Shown here: positions 40,901 to 54,643 of the stretch, piece by piece | How positions within the stretch are numbered: position 1 is the first letter of the stretch | Layout: each line of letters starts with the position of its first letter | From: Leucoraja erinacea | Taxonomy: Eukaryota | DNA: 64,000 bases | NCBI RefSeq assembly: GCF_028641065.1 | Contig: NC_073414.1 | Span: forward strand, 6,882,001 to 6,946,000 | Direction: 5' to 3' | Position numbers and translations under genes: made by a program | The notes under the pieces: model-generated | What the model was told of the DNA's origin: nothing | The model's database searches: none | The model's input: the letters and a program-made list of their open reading frames with translations, nothing else

Positions 40901-41670
40901 AGAGCCCTATCTAGCTCTCTCTTGAAAGCATCCAGTGAACCTGCCTCCACCGCCCTCTGAGGCAGAGAATTCCACAGACTCACAACTGTGTGAAAAAGTG
41001 TTTCCTCGCCTCCGTTCCAAATGGCTTACTCCTTATTCTTAAACTGTGTGGCCCCTGGTTCTGGACTCCCCCAACTTCGGGAACATGTTTCCTGCCTCTA
41101 TCGTGTCCAAGCCCTTAACAATCTTATATGTTTCAATGAGATCTCCTCTCATCCTTCTAAACTCGAGTGTACAAGCCCAGCTGCTCCATTCTCTCAGCAT
41201 ATGACAGTCCTGCTATCCCAGGAATTAACCTGGATGGGTGAATAACCTAAAGTTGAATTTCCTGTACAATAGCTATTTCAGCAGGGTTGTTTGTTGCTTC
41301 TGGTTGTACAGGTGTGCTGCTGGGACTGAGGTGTAAACTGCTGCAGGACGTCTATGAGAAGGACCGTGATATCCCTGGCCTCCACCACCTGGCTGGAGGT
41401 GCCGCTGGAGCCTCCTACCCCGAGGACTGTGTGGTCGAGGTTTTCTTGTTGGCCAAACAAGGGAAGAGTCTGAAGTACCAGCTGTGGGAGTACGAGCGGG
41501 TGCACCAGAGCAACGTGCAGCTGGCAGAATTTAGTCCCAAGCGAGGGGACGACGGAACGGCCTACATCGTGCCCGACGGCGGTGTGAAGCTGGGGTTGTG
41601 TGGGGTTGTAATTCTCCTGCAGCCATTGTTCCCAGTATCAAAGCTGACAGCCCCCACTACTAATAACTGA
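34918..41670 (+). CDS. ACTMAP: Actin maturation protease (C19orf54), ~343 aa, 6 coding exons
   Basis: Exons 34918-35195, 37485-37553, 38075-38199, 38760-38889, 40072-40142, 41312-41670. Pro-rich N-terminus, SLIQDGPQCGMVALWMAG (catalytic Cys motif), YTAQGEMFS, PYDEDFNHEPCLKKGHRAHWAV, KQGKSLKYQLWEY. Head-to-head with SNRPA as in human. The start codon is less certain. Confidence 0.93.
35225..35405 (+). mobile_element. Penelope-like 3' terminal fragment with intact hammerhead core
   Basis: Pyrimidine-rich leader, then CTGAGGA-A-GGGTC-TC-GACCC-GAAA-CG-TC at 35312-35339. Confidence 0.68.
35463..35748 (+). mobile_element. HE1/V-SINE-type SINE
   Basis: Same head, core and tail. Confidence 0.75.
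36985..37255 (-). mobile_element. HE1/V-SINE-type SINE
   Basis: Reverse-complement copy. Confidence 0.75.
38890..40071 (+). other. U12-type (minor spliceosome) GT-AG intron of ACTMAP
   Basis: 5' splice site GTATCCTT at 38890. Branch-point-like TTCCATAAC at 40054-40062, about 10 nt before the AG. No polypyrimidine tract. Restores the LIP|YDEDFN frame. Confidence 0.88.
39039..39254. mobile_element. Palindromic MITE family A
   Basis: Same TIRs. Inserted at the centre of a Penelope-like palindrome. Confidence 0.88.
40200..40540. mobile_element. Possible Tc1/mariner-pogo-type non-autonomous element
   Basis: TA-CAG(G)TCCA ends in inverted orientation (tacagtccagc / ggtggacctgta). Confidence 0.35.
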
Positions 41671-41728
41671 ACAATAACCTTTGTCATATCAAGTCTACAG
41701 CATCTCAGGGTCCTCCAGCAAACTATTA

Positions 41729-41924
41729 TGCCCCTGTCCCACTTAGGAAACCGGAACGGAAACCTCTGGAGACATTGCACCCCACCCAAGGTTTCCATGC
41801 AGTTCCTGGAGGTTGCAGGTAGTGGGAGACTGACAAAAACCTCCAGGAACCGCACTGAAACCTTGGGTGGGGCGCAAAGTCTCCAGAGGTTTCCGTTCAA
41901 GTTTCCTAAGTGGGACAGGGGCAT
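41729..41924. mobile_element. Palindromic MITE family A (ACTMAP 3' UTR region)
   Basis: Same TIRs, TTA/TAA flanks, 58 bp after the ACTMAP stop codon. Confidence 0.88.
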
Positions 41925-43858
41925 AAGTCACTGCTTTTAATGTAGGAAATTAGCAAGACATGCTCACAATCCCCCTCCTTATCTGTTTGCAGTGATGCTT
42001 ATGGGGGCAACACACCTTTTCACACAGAGGTGTATAAAACAATCTTGAGGGGAATAGATAATATGAATGCAGATTATTTCACTTCGAGTAGAGGAATCAA
42101 TACCTGTACAACATAGGTTGTAGGTGGGAGGGAAAATATTTAATGGGAGACAGTCCAGAAGAGCAACTTTTTCACTCAGAGGGTGGTGGATTTGTTTAGT
42201 TTAGAGATACAGCGTGGAAACAAGCCTTTCAGTCCACGCCGACCAACAATCACCCGTACACGAGTTCTAGTTCTTCACAGAAGGGTTTCGGCCCGAAGCG
42301 TTGCCCGTTTCCTTTGCTCCATTGACTGTACTTGGAAAGGATGTTTCCAGTAACAGGAGAATCTAGACCAGAGGGGACAGCCTCAGAATAAAAAGGACAT
42401 ACCAGACATACCATCCAGGACAAGGGGTCACAGCTTAAGGATAAAGGGGAAATCCTTTAAAACCGAGATGAGAAGAACTTTTTTCACGCAGAGAGTGGTG
42501 AATCTCTGGAACTCTCTGCCACAGAGGGTAGTTGAGGCCAGTCCATTGGCTATATTTAAGAGGGAGTTAGATGTGGCCCTTGTGGCTAAGGGGATCAGGG
42601 GGTATGGAGAGAAGGCAGGTACGGGATACTGAGTTGGATGATCAGCCATGATCATATTGAATGGCGGTGCAGGCTCGAAGGGCCGAATGGCCTACTCCTG
42701 CACCTAATTTCTATGTTTCTATGTTTCTATGAAAATAATTAGTGGTGCTAGAGGATGGTGAATCCGTGGAATTCATTGCTACAGACAGTTATGGAGGCAA
42801 AGTTATTTGGTATTTTTAAAGCAGATTGATAGATTCTTGATTAGTAAAGATGTCGAAGATGTAGAAGGCAGAATGGAGTTGAGGGGGAATTGATCAGCCA
42901 GGATTGAATGGTGGAGTAGACCCGATGGGTTGAATGGCCTAATTCTGCTCCTGTCTTTTGGTCCCAGTTACCAGCTATTCCCAGATTTATTTCTCCAGTG
43001 TGAACCAGGTTCTAATGCGTGGTGGTGGTGGTGGGAATTAACTGAAAGATGCTAAAATAGCCACCTCATAAACTGGAACAAAAATGGGCTGTGAACTGAA
43101 AAGAGGAGCAGAACATTCTTCAGTCCTGCTAAAATAAATGGCTAAGATTCACCGATTAATACATCACAATTTTTATTTGCTCAATGTGTTTATAAATAGG
43201 TATTTTTTTTTAAAAATCCCATCGTGCGGCAGGCAGAGAGCACAGTAGATATGTCCATTAGCTTGTGTTTCCCTGCACATTGGTAATCTGGGGCGGAGGT
43301 GATCAGTTAAACCTGTGGATGATTATATGGGCAGTCCAGCAGAAAAGGTTCACCAAGGATGGATGAAATCCACATTCCAAGCCCATCCTTTGAGAAGACA
43401 AGAGTTCCCTGTATTCCCGACTTCCTCCGATTTCCTTGCTTCATGAGGAATGGGTTAGCCACACCCTCACTTGGCATAGGGTGCCTGGTGCAGTGAAGAG
43501 AATGGGGTTGAGAGGGAGAGATAGATCAGCCATGATTGAATGGCGGAATGGGCTGAGCGGCCTATTTCTGCTCCCATCACTTATGATCCCACGACTGTCA
43601 CCCAGGGGAAAGCACATGCACACATAAACACAAAGATGAACGCACACACAAACGCACGCACACATACACACAAACCGCGCACAGACATAAGTACCCCATC
43701 TCGCTCAGTGAGATAGCCCACCCACCCTGGCCCTGGGAAGGCAGCCGGCCTGTGTCACCCGCCTGGGGTGATGGGCTCTCCGACCCACTGCCCCACCCCC
43801 ACCGCGGTGGGAGATCAACGAGCCCCAGGGAACGCAGGGGGTTTTCTTCGCAAGCGTC

Positions 43859-46800
43859 CTATCTGATCAAGTGATAGGTGAGCCAGTACATGAAGAAAGG
43901 CTGCACTGCAGCGATGGCCATGGTCAGGTACATCCGCAGCTGGTTCCTGGTGCCCCGGACCAGAACACCCTCGGCCGCAGCCTCCGACAGAATCTTCAGC
44001 CTCAAAGTCCGGATCTGAAAGATATTTCGAAAGAAAATTAAGGGATTGTGAAGATGAAGTAAACAGTCTGGGAGAAGCTGGTCAGCTGTGTTATTGGTGT
44101 TTAACTTAATTCATATCAAACGGTAGTAGGACCTTAGAAACACTAAGTGAGAGGTGACGTTTTCCGCACAGAGGAGATGGTGGGTGTATGGAATGAGTGC
44201 CAGATGAGGTAGTTCAGGCAGGTACTATAACAGCATTTATAAGATACTTGGAAAGGTACATGGATAGTAAAGATTTAGAAGGATATGGGCCTAACGCAGG
44301 CAAATGGGACTAGCTTAGATGGGGCATCTTGGCCAGCATGCGCAAGTTGGGCCGATCGGCCTGTTTCCATGCCATAAGGCTCCGAGTCTCTAATGGCACA
44401 GTGGCAGAGCTGCTGTCTCTCTCCGCCAGAGACGCAGGCTCTAGGTTGACCTCAGATGCTGCCTGTGTGGAGTTTGCATGTTCCCTCAGCTACTGTGCCT
44501 CTGGGTTTCCTCCCACATCTCAAAGACGCGCGGGTTTTTTCGGTTATTTGGCCTGTGTAAAAATTACCACTGGCGTGTCAGGAGTGGGATAACATGGAAC
44601 TAGTGTGAACGAGTAATCGATAGTCAGTGTGGACTCGATGCTGTCTCCATCAACTTAGCCCAGGATGGGAGGCGAGTTCATGGATGGCAGACAAGGCAAT
44701 AACTGGAACAACCTCATGACCGTGATGGTGGAATGTCCTTCAGGGGCAATGACAGGTACAAAGGGAACTGGGAGAGAGAGCAGCACCTGGCACAGGTAGA
44801 TGCTGCTTCACCCTTTGGGGACCAATATTCAATCTTGACCTCCTGTGCTGTCTGTGGGGAGTTTGTGTATCTCCCCTGTGACCATGTGGGTTCCCCCCAG
44901 GTGCTCCAGGACACACCAAAGCACGTGCACGTTGGTAGATTGAATGGCTGCTGTAAATGACTGGTGGACCTTGGGACAATGCAATGTGATTACTATAGGA
45001 TTGGTGATAATTGGTGTCTGATAGCCCAGGGGCCTGACCCTATGTGATGTGACTATCCCAGCACTTGAGCCTGGAGCCATACCCAAGGGAGAGTCAGTGC
45101 TCCAAGAACCGTCCTGCAGAGAAGCCAAAGATGGAAGCAGGAGAGTTGATATTCCTGGAACTTTACTCTAAAGAGTCATCAACCTAGGAGCAGCACAGTG
45201 GCCCAGCAGTAGAGTTGCTGCCTTACAGCGCCAGAGACCCGGGTTCTATCCTGACTGCAGACGCTGTCGATACGGAGTTTGTACGTTCTCCCCGAGACTC
45301 TGTGGCTTTTCTCCAGGTGCTCTGGCTTCCTTCCACATTCCAAAGATGTGCAGTTTTGGAGGTTAATTGGCTGATGTAAATTGTCCTTATGCCCCTGTCC
45401 CACTTGGGAAACCTGAACGGAAACCTCTGGAGACTTTGCGCCCCACCCAAGGTTTCCGTGCAGTTCTCAGAGGTTGCAGGGAGTGGAAGCAGGTAGGAAG
45501 ACTGACAAAAACCTCCAGAAACCTTGGGTGGGGCGCAAAGTCTCCAGAGGTTTCCGTTCAGGTTTCCTAAGTGGGACAGGGGCATAAGTGTGTACAATGG
45601 AACCAGTGCACGGGGTGATCGCTGGTCGGCGCGGACTTGGTGGGCTGAAGGGCCCGTTTCCACTCTGTATCTCCAAACACTCTACCAGGGAACAGTCAGA
45701 ATCCTGATTTGCAAGAAAGAGATGGAGGGAAAAGATTTTTATTCCCTTAATGGGATAAATATTTTTGTGGAGTTTTTGAAGCCAAAGGAGAAATGAAGTG
45801 AAGTACACCCACCATGAACACCACAACTGAGATGCAGCACCAGGCCAAAGCAATGTAGTATCCCATTCTTCCAAATATTAACCCAGCTATGATTCCAATG
45901 ATCATCCTGTGTGGGAGAAAGCAGAGTAGAGATGAGGCGGCTGCAACATTGCAATATTATCAATGTCCACCCTCCCACTTCAATGGTAGTCTATTCCCAT
46001 AAGTTTTAAGCGCAGAATTAGGCCATCCGGCCCATCAAGTCTACTCCGCCATCCAATCCTGGCCGATCCATCCTTCCCTCTCAACCCCATTCTCCTGCCT
46101 TCTCCCCATAACTCTATCACCCAAACACATCTAGAATCTGTCAATTTCCACCTTGAAAATATCCACTGACTTGGCCTCCACAGCCGTCAGTGGCAAAGTA
46201 TACCACATATTCACCACCTTCTAAAGGAATTCCATCTCATCTCCTTTCGAAAGATACGTCCTTTTATTCTGAGGCTGAGGCCTCTGGTCCGAGACTCTCC
46301 CACTAGTGGAAACATCCTCTCCAAATTCACTCTATCCAGGCCTTTCACTATTTAGCAAGTTTCAATGAGGCCCCACTCATCCCGCTAAACTGCAGCGAGT
46401 ACGGGTCCAGTCCAAATGCTCATCATATGTTAACCCGCTCATTCCTGGGATCATTCTCGTAACGAGTCACATGTACCCAAGTCATTGATGCCCTTCACAG
46501 TGCCTTATCCAATACCCACTCAGTGCCAGGACATGCTTGCAAACTGACCCAGCCTCAGCCCAAAGACTTGCCCTGTCCGCCCACCCCCAATGCTCACACA
46601 CCTACCCAACGTATTTGTACCCTGCAAAGGCGACAAGGTCGATGGTGGTGAGGTCCGTGTTCACCGTGACCAGGTACAGACTGAGCAAGACGGCGAACAC
46701 CTCGATGACCAGCCAGATCATCGCGGTGCTGGCCAACATGCCCAGCATCTCTGGGGAGAACCTGTGGGAAGAGACAGAGCAAGCTTAGTTCAATCTCGGC

Positions 46801-49800
46801 GAGAAGGAAAAAAACGTTGTGGGCTCGACACATCTTGCAGTGACACAATGCAGAGCCATCCCACCCACAGCACAAGGGGGCTAACTCCCAACTGGAATGG
46901 AAAACCATTCCATAATTTACCCATGTATTCCCAGCAACCAGCTGGAATTTAGTTTAGCTTAGAAATACAGCATGGAAACAGGCCCTTCGGCCCACCGAGT
47001 CCATGCCGACCAGCAATCCCCGTACCGCTTAGCACTATCCTACACACTACAGACAATTTAAACCTGGTTATTAACAGCGAGTCAGACAGCATATCTGGAG
47101 CGCATTGATAGGTGACATCTGACGAAGGATAGATGAAGGAGTATCTGAAGATTGGTCTCAACCTAAAGCACCACTGATTCATGTTCTCCCGGATATCCAA
47201 TGTTCACAGTGTGGTAGAGGAGAATCAGACCGTACCCTAGCCTATGGAAGGATCGTCCAGAAGGCTGATAAGTCAAGTCGCTTTTATTTCTATAGCACAT
47301 ATAAAAACAACTCTGGTTGACCAAAGTGCTTTACATCAGTGCAGGAACTAACATGCTACATACAGTGGTACATAGATCTAACAATACATACATAAATACA
47401 CACATACAGCACTCCCTCAGAGGACCTCAAGAAACGCTTGTGAGTAGAAATAAGTTTTAAGACTAGACTTAAAGGAGTTGATGGAGGGGGCAGTTCTGAT
47501 GGGAAGAGGATGCAGTTCCACAGTCTAGGAGCTGCAACAGCAAAAGCACGCGGTCGCCCCAGAGCTTATACCTGGATCGCGGGATGTTCAGTAGTCGGCC
47601 GATCTGAGGGACCTGGAGGTGGAATGGTGTTTTAACACGTTTTTGATGTAGGCGGGGGCAAGCCCGTTAAGAATACAGCTAGAAATGTGTGTCCACAGCT
47701 GGCAAGACAACACACTAACCAAAGACTAATATTTCCTGGTGCACATGTCCTTTAAGCATACCACTGATTACTGAGTACTCCAACTGCAGACATACCACGT
47801 AAACATGCTCAACTGTTGGATCAGAGTTTGGGAGACACGACTGTCAGTGATAAAAAGGGGTTTACCTGCTCTGTATCCCAAGAGCAAATCCAGCCACCAG
47901 TAAATATGTGATGAATGCCATTGCTGGAGAAGGAAGGAGAAAGAGATACAGAACCATGAATGGTATCAATTCACAACAACATGCCATGATAATTCAACAT
48001 GTTCACATGGAACAACTTGTACCTCTATGGTATTTTAGTTTAGTTTAGAGATACAGCGCGGAAACAGGCCACCCGTCCCACCGACCCCTGCACATTAACA
48101 CTATCCTAAACACACTGGAGACAATTCATACTTATACCAAGCCAATTAACCTAAAAAAAACATGTACTCTCTGCAGTGTGGGAGGAAACCGGAGATCTTG
48201 GAGAAAACCCACGCAGGTCACTGGGAGAACGTACAAACTCCGTACAGACAAGCTCCCGTAGTCGGGATTGAACCCGGGTCACTAGCACGGTAAAGCTACG
48301 CCATATCGCCGACTGACTAATGTTGACTATAGTGAAGACCCTGTGAGAATCCATAGACCTGGTTACAACTATGAGCACTACCGAGTTCAGACACTCACCT
48401 GGAATATACAAGTCAGGAGCATTTATTTCCACTCGAGGGGCCACTGGAGTGTCTTGTTGGTACTGTACCTCCCAATTCTGTCAACAGAAAAGGTGAAAAG
48501 CATCCATTCTTTTTCCAAGACTGACCCTTGTTCTACATTTCCATGTCACTGTGGAACACCATCACCCTGTGCTCAACCATCAAGACGTACAGCATGGAAA
48601 AAGGCCCTTCGGCCCCAAACCCATGCTGACCAAACTGTTCCATCTACACTAGTCCCACCTGCCCAAATTTGGCCCATATCCCTCAAAACCTTTTCCATCA
48701 ATGCACCCATACAAATGTATTTTAAATGCTGTTATAGTAACTGCCCCAACTACCTCCTCTGGCAGCTCGTTCCTTGCGCCCACCACCTTCTGTGTGAAAA
48801 AGTTGCCCCTCGGGTTCCTATTAAATTGTTTCTCTCTCCCTTAAACCCAAGTCCTCTGGTTCTTGATTCCCCTACTTTGGATAACAGAGTCTGTGGATCA
48901 ACTCTATCTATTTCCCTCATGAGCTTTAGACTTTACAACTACAGCGAGGAATAGGCTGCACCTATTTTCTATGTTTCTAAAAGCAGAGAAGGACCTCACT
49001 CCTTACCTGGTGCATGTAGGGAAAGACAAGGAGACCCAACTTCTTTCCAACATAAATCGTGTCCACGGCAAAATAATACTTCAATCTGCTGACTGGAATA
49101 AAACGATCGATCTGCAGGCAGCAAGAGGCACATTGCATCAGTAACTGAAAATTGAGCAAGTTTCAGAGGATGATGCTGCTTCTGGAAGGCTACTATGCCC
49201 TATAGTCACGGAAATAGACCCTTCAGCCCATCTCGTTCATGTCAACCAAGATGTCTTCCTGAGCTAGTTCCATCTCCTGCATTTGGCCCAGATCCCTCGA
49301 AGCTTTTGAAGCTATTTCTTGACCAATATCCCATGGCTGAAAGTTCCTGGGTCAGGCACACTCCTCTTCCTGCCGAGTTGGAGAATCTGTGGAATTCTCA
49401 TGAATGTTAGAGAAATATTTAAAGTGGGGGCAGATACATTTTTGAAAGATTCGAGGATTGAGAAATGTGGGAGCTGGTACGGAGGCGGAGCTGTGGTAGA
49501 TTAGCCTTCATTAAAATGGATGGTGGAGGCAGGCCTGAGGGGCCGAGTGGCCAAGTCCTATTTTCTTGTATTTTATTTAAAAGACATTTGGACAGATACA
49601 TGGATGTGGACGGCTCGATTGTAATCATGTATTGTCTTTCCGCTGGCTGCTTAGCACGTAACAAAAGCCTTTCACTTACATCTCGGTACACGTGACAATA
49701 AACTAACCAGGCACAGTTTAGAGGGATATTGGTCAATGCAGGTAGAGACGAAAAACTAGATGGGGCATCTTGGTCTGAGGGGCCGGTTTCCATGCTGTAA

Positions 49801-52800
49801 CAGAAATCCCAACCCTTATGCAGTGCAGATTAGCAGGGTGCTAACGGATTTTGGCTTAGAAATGGTCACTCCCTCACCCAAGGAATTGCCATGGTTGCGG
49901 CTTTTTATTCCACAGTCAGAGTGTTGCATTGCCCCACTGATGCACAGTATCAAGCAGTGATCCTGTGCCACAACCACTGTCATTGGAATTGAGACCATAC
50001 TTTCAGCCAGAGCAGATGCTCAGATTAGTTTAGAGATACAGCACGGAAACCGGCCCTTCGACCCACCGAGTCTGCACCGACCTAACGATCAGCTTTCCCC
50101 GCACATTACACACACACACGGGACAATTTACAATTTTACCAAAGCCAATTAACCTACAAACCTGTTCATTCTTAGAGCATGGGAGGAAACTGCAGCACCC
50201 CGAGAAAACCCATGCAGGTCACAGGGAGAACGTACGAACTCCATACTGACTGCTCTCATTGTCAGGACTGAACCTCTGTCTCTGGCGCTGTAAGGCAGCA
50301 ACTCTACTGCTGCGCCACTTTGCCGCCCCAACTGTGTGCTGAACATCCTTGGTTCAGATGGCAAAGTGGAAGATGCCATGTGCAGTGAGAATTCTGATCT
50401 GTCTTCGCTCACAGTCACAAAGCCCCTTACATTTTTATCCACGATGTTCTTCCCTTGACTTGCTAAGCTGCTCCCGTAAGCCATCGCTAGGTTAGACATC
50501 ATGGGGTCGCTGAGGATGCCGGGTCTTGCGAGGCCAAAGCCCGCCGTGGGTCCCTCGTACACTGGTTCAAACGGCTGAGCATCCATGTTTCCGCTGGTGT
50601 CTTCAAAGAGGTGGTTGGGATGCCCTGGGACCCTTGTCCTCACCTTGGCAGCTGCAATGAAGAGTGGGGGAGTCAGCTGGCCTGTGTTACAAACAGAACA
50701 AATCCAGCTCCTCAGTGCCGCCTGCTCAAAGTCACCAGAATCGCTACCCGTCCTACAACTCAGTTCACGGCAAAATAACCAACAAGGGGACATGTTTGAC
50801 AAAGTCAGCACAGGGTGAGATTGGACATGGAACAAAATTTAAATTCCAAAGTATGTTGCACAAAAACATGGGATGAAAATGTAAATGGGGGTGATCGCCA
50901 AGTTTGAATATGACAGAAAAGGTGCCAAAGGTGCAGTCGGTGCGGGAGGTCATCGAAGGATTCAGTAGGATTATGGACGAGATGGAAATATGGGGAAACG
51001 ACAGATGGAAATTAATCTGGACAAGTGTGAGGTGATGCATTTTGCAAGGTTAAATGCAAGAGGAAAGAGTGCAGTGAATGCCAAAGCCTTTGGGAGCATT
51101 CATGTACAAAATTACTTTGGGGTGCTAGTCCATAACTCCCTAGAAAAGCAGCATCGCTTTACAGGCAACCAGTCACAGAATGAAGTTGACACTCTGGCCA
51201 CTGAGCTTGACAGGAATCTATGATTTCCAGACAGAATTGACACAAGATTTTCGTCCCTTCAGCTTCATCATTGTGCTGCCCGTTGATCTACATTCTGCAA
51301 CCTTGGACAACTTTCTTCACTGTCCACTGTCCCACTACTTTTGGTGTCATCCACAAACTTGTTCAACATTCCACCTCTCTATCCCTCCCCCACCCAAGTC
51401 GCACGAGCTTCTCATTTTCATCCCACAAACAGCTTACCATTCTCATCCAAATCTTTAGCACAGATGACACTGCTCACCGATCCCTGCTGACACCACTGGT
51501 CATAGGCCTCCAATATGAAACACAAACCTCTACTACCACCAAGCCAATTTTGTATCCAACTGGCTAGCTTACAATGTATCAGTACTATGGAGCCATTAAA
51601 GGAAAGATTTGCAGGAAATACATTTAAAAAAAGGCTCAATATACAATCTACAACATTGTATGTTGAGTGGTATTAATAAAATTGTCAGGAAAATTGGATA
51701 GTAATGCAGCTACAATCAGTGTGGAATACTGAGAGGGAAACTTGATTCAAAACATAGTCTGTCAGCTTAGTCTTTAGAATGAGAATTGACATCTCAAATC
51801 CTAGAATTAAAACCCACAATCTCAAATCACGTGTGGTAAGTGGACTATCCTTACAACGTCAGTCTTGGGTTCGATACTGACTACGGGTGCTACTTGTACA
51901 GCGTTTGTACAGTCTACCTGTGACCGTGTTATCTCGGTGTGCTCCAGTTTCCTCCCAAAATCCAAATTTGTACAGGTTTGTAGGCTATTTGGCTTTTGTA
52001 AATTGTCCCTAGTGTGTAGGATAGTACTAGTGTATGTGTCAGCTTGGACATGGTGGGCTGAAGGGCCAGTTTCCACCCGAAACTAAAGAAAAAAATTAGT
52101 TCCCTAAAAATTGAGGAACAGTGGTTATCTCAGTCAAATCTCCAACCCCACTCAAACCATTCAATTTTGCTTCAAAATGCAGAATCTTCAGAGTAACATA
52201 TTACTCTATTTGGTGTATCCTTACCTTCCCAGAGTCAGAGGGATATCAGAGAAGTGAATGAGTGCTATTTTCCCCAAAGCCACCAGACACAATTCTCCTC
52301 ACACTCGCATTTTAAACTATCTCCATCCCGCAGACCTCTGCACCACACCGCTGCCGCACTCATCTATCCCGTGCACCCACACCCACTGACCCTGCCCATC
52401 ACACCCACACATTCTCAACCCTTTCCCCAGGATCCTGATTTCCCCTCGCTCTACCCCATGGGGCCATAGAGCCTCTCTCCCTGTCCCCCACCCACTCAAT
52501 CGCCCTACCCAAATCTCGAGCCTCCACACCCTTCCACGCTCCAACCTTTACGCCCCCAAACATTACCGCTCAAGGTGCCTTGTGCCTACACCTTCCACAC
52601 AGGACCCTGGCACCACCCTCGACACTCCCCGCAGGGACTTGTTCATCAGTCACTGAAAGTAAGCATGCAGGTACAGCAGGCAGTGAAGAAAGTTGATGGC
52701 ATGTTGGCCTTCATAACATTTAGAACAGAGATGAGGAAAAACATTTTCACCCAGAGAGTTGTGAATCTGTGGAATTCTCTCCCTCAGGGCGGTGGGGGCC

Positions 52801-53737
52801 AATTCTCTGGATGTTTTCACGAGAGTGTTAGATAGGGCTCTTAAAGATAGCGGAGTCAGGGGATATGGGGAGAAGACAGGAACAGGATATTAATTGTGGA
52901 TGAGCAGCCATAATCACATTGAATGGCGGTGCTGGCCGAATGGCCTACTCCTGCACCTATTGTCTATTGAGTGAGTGAGTGAATGAGGCTACAAGCCGTG
53001 CTGAGTGAGTGTGTTAGTATTGTCTATTGACTCTGGCACTTCCCAGGACCCAGACATTCTCCCCGGGTCCCTTGGCACTCACTCTGGACTCGAATACCCC
53101 TGACCCTTTGCTCCGGCCCCTGTGATCCACTGACACAGAGAGTGGTGAATCTCTGGAATTCTCTGCCTCAGAGGGTAGTTGAGGCCACAGTTCATTGGCT
53201 ATATTTAAGAGGGAGTTAGATGTGGCCCTTGTGGCTAAGGGGATCAGGGAGTATGGAGAGAAGGCAGGGATGGGATACTGAGTTGGATGATCAGCCATGA
53301 TCATATTGAATGGCTGTGCAGGCTCGAAGGGCCGAATGGCCTACTCCTGCACCTGATTTCTATGATTCTATGTTTCTATGACCCTCCATCCCGTCACCCA
53401 TTGATCTTCCCCCAACCCCTGCTGACCCCAGACCCTGACACCCCCCACCCCGACCTCGACCTCTCGTCTTGGCAGCCTCTGACTCCTCAAACCCCTTCCC
53501 CTGAAGCCCCCTGACGCTAGTCCCTCCTGTCTGCCCCCTGAACTCTCCCCCCTCCCCCCTCCTTTGCTCCCTGTCAACCCGGCCCCATTTCCCGCCTCCC
53601 CCCCCGGCGGAAAACCACCACATATTTCGTTAACCTTCCTGACCGTGACCGTGGCCAACAATTAATAAAGCGGGCCACATACGTAACTTACGGTGCCTGA
53701 AGCCGGCGGGGCCGCTGTTGCTGCCGCTGTGGTCCAT
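43859..53737 (-). CDS. YIF1B: Protein YIF1B (Yip1-interacting factor homolog B), 304 aa, 8 exons
   Basis: Exons 53737-53692, 50651-50431, 49111-49007, 48477-48399, 47923-47866, 46761-46606, 45906-45813, 44014-43859. Motifs [80 protein letters not shown] match the YIF1B type. Confidence 0.93.
45390..45584. mobile_element. Palindromic MITE family A nested in a SINE
   Basis: Same TIRs, TTA/TAA flanks. Splits the SINE sequence aaattgtcc|gtgtg. Confidence 0.88.
48035..48305 (-). mobile_element. HE1/V-SINE-type SINE
   Basis: Reverse-complement copy. Confidence 0.72.
50025..50328 (-). mobile_element. HE1/V-SINE-type SINE
   Basis: Reverse-complement copy. Further copies at ~960, ~34480, ~44395, ~45190, ~51865, ~62640. 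Confidence 0.72.
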
Positions 53738-53739
53738 GG

Positions 53740-53950
53740 CGGCGCCGAGCTCCCTCCCCAACCGCCGGGGGCAGCAGAGCGCATGCGCGGACGCCGGCCA
53801 CACGCCTGCGCACACCGTCCCCCGCACCCACCCACCCAATGACTGACATCCCACCCAGCCAATCAACAAACGAGACCCACAGCGCGGTGACATCACCCGC
53901 CCCACGATTGGTCAGTGTCACCCGGCGAGTGGGCGGGTCTAATCGCACGT
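53740..53950 (-). promoter_or_regulatory. YIF1B CpG-island promoter
   Basis: NRF1 palindrome GCGCATGCGC at 53779-53788, three CCAAT/ATTGG boxes at ~53835-53910 and GC boxes, directly upstream of the ATG. Confidence 0.65.
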
Positions 53951-54104
53951 CCCTTTTGTTTTCTGCCGACACTAATTCTTGAGGCAATTAAAGTCACAAT
54001 CTTTGATTAAAGTCTGGTGTTGGATGACGAGCTCGATGGGCACCTGAGCAGGCAGCATAGGTCAGAGAGAGTGCACCTAGTTTAGGTTTTAAACTTCCAC
54101 AGCA

Positions 54105-54643
54105 CTCATTTGAGGAAGGACATCGTTGTGATTGAGGCAGTGCAGCGTAGGTTCACGAGATTGATCCCTGGGATGGCAGGACTGTCATATGAGGAAAGAT
54201 TGAAAAGACTAGGCTTGTATTCACTGGAGTTTAGAAGGATGAGTGGAAGGGGGGGGGTCTTATAGAAACATATAACATTATGAAAGTACTGGACAAGCTA
54301 GATGCAGTAAAAATGTTCCCAATGTTGGGCGAGTACAGAACCAGGGGCCACAGTCTTAGAATAAAGGGGAGGCAATTTAATACTGAGGTGAGAAAAAACG
54401 TTTTCACCCAGAGAGTTGTGAATTTGTGGAATTCCCTGCCACAGAGGGCAGTGGAGGCCAAATCATTGGATGGATTTAAGGAGAGAGTTAGATAGAGCTC
54501 TTGGGTATAGAGGAATCAAGGGATATGGGGAGAAGGCAGGCACGGGTTATTGATTGGGGACGATCAGCCATGATCGTAATGAATGGCGGTGCTGGCTCGA
54601 AGGGCCGAATGGCCTCCTCCTGCACCTATTTTCTATGTTTCTA
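54105..54643 (+). mobile_element. CR1-clade LINE 3' fragment
   Basis: RTRGHSLRIKG...[14 protein letters not shown] and tail ctatgtttct. Confidence 0.85.
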
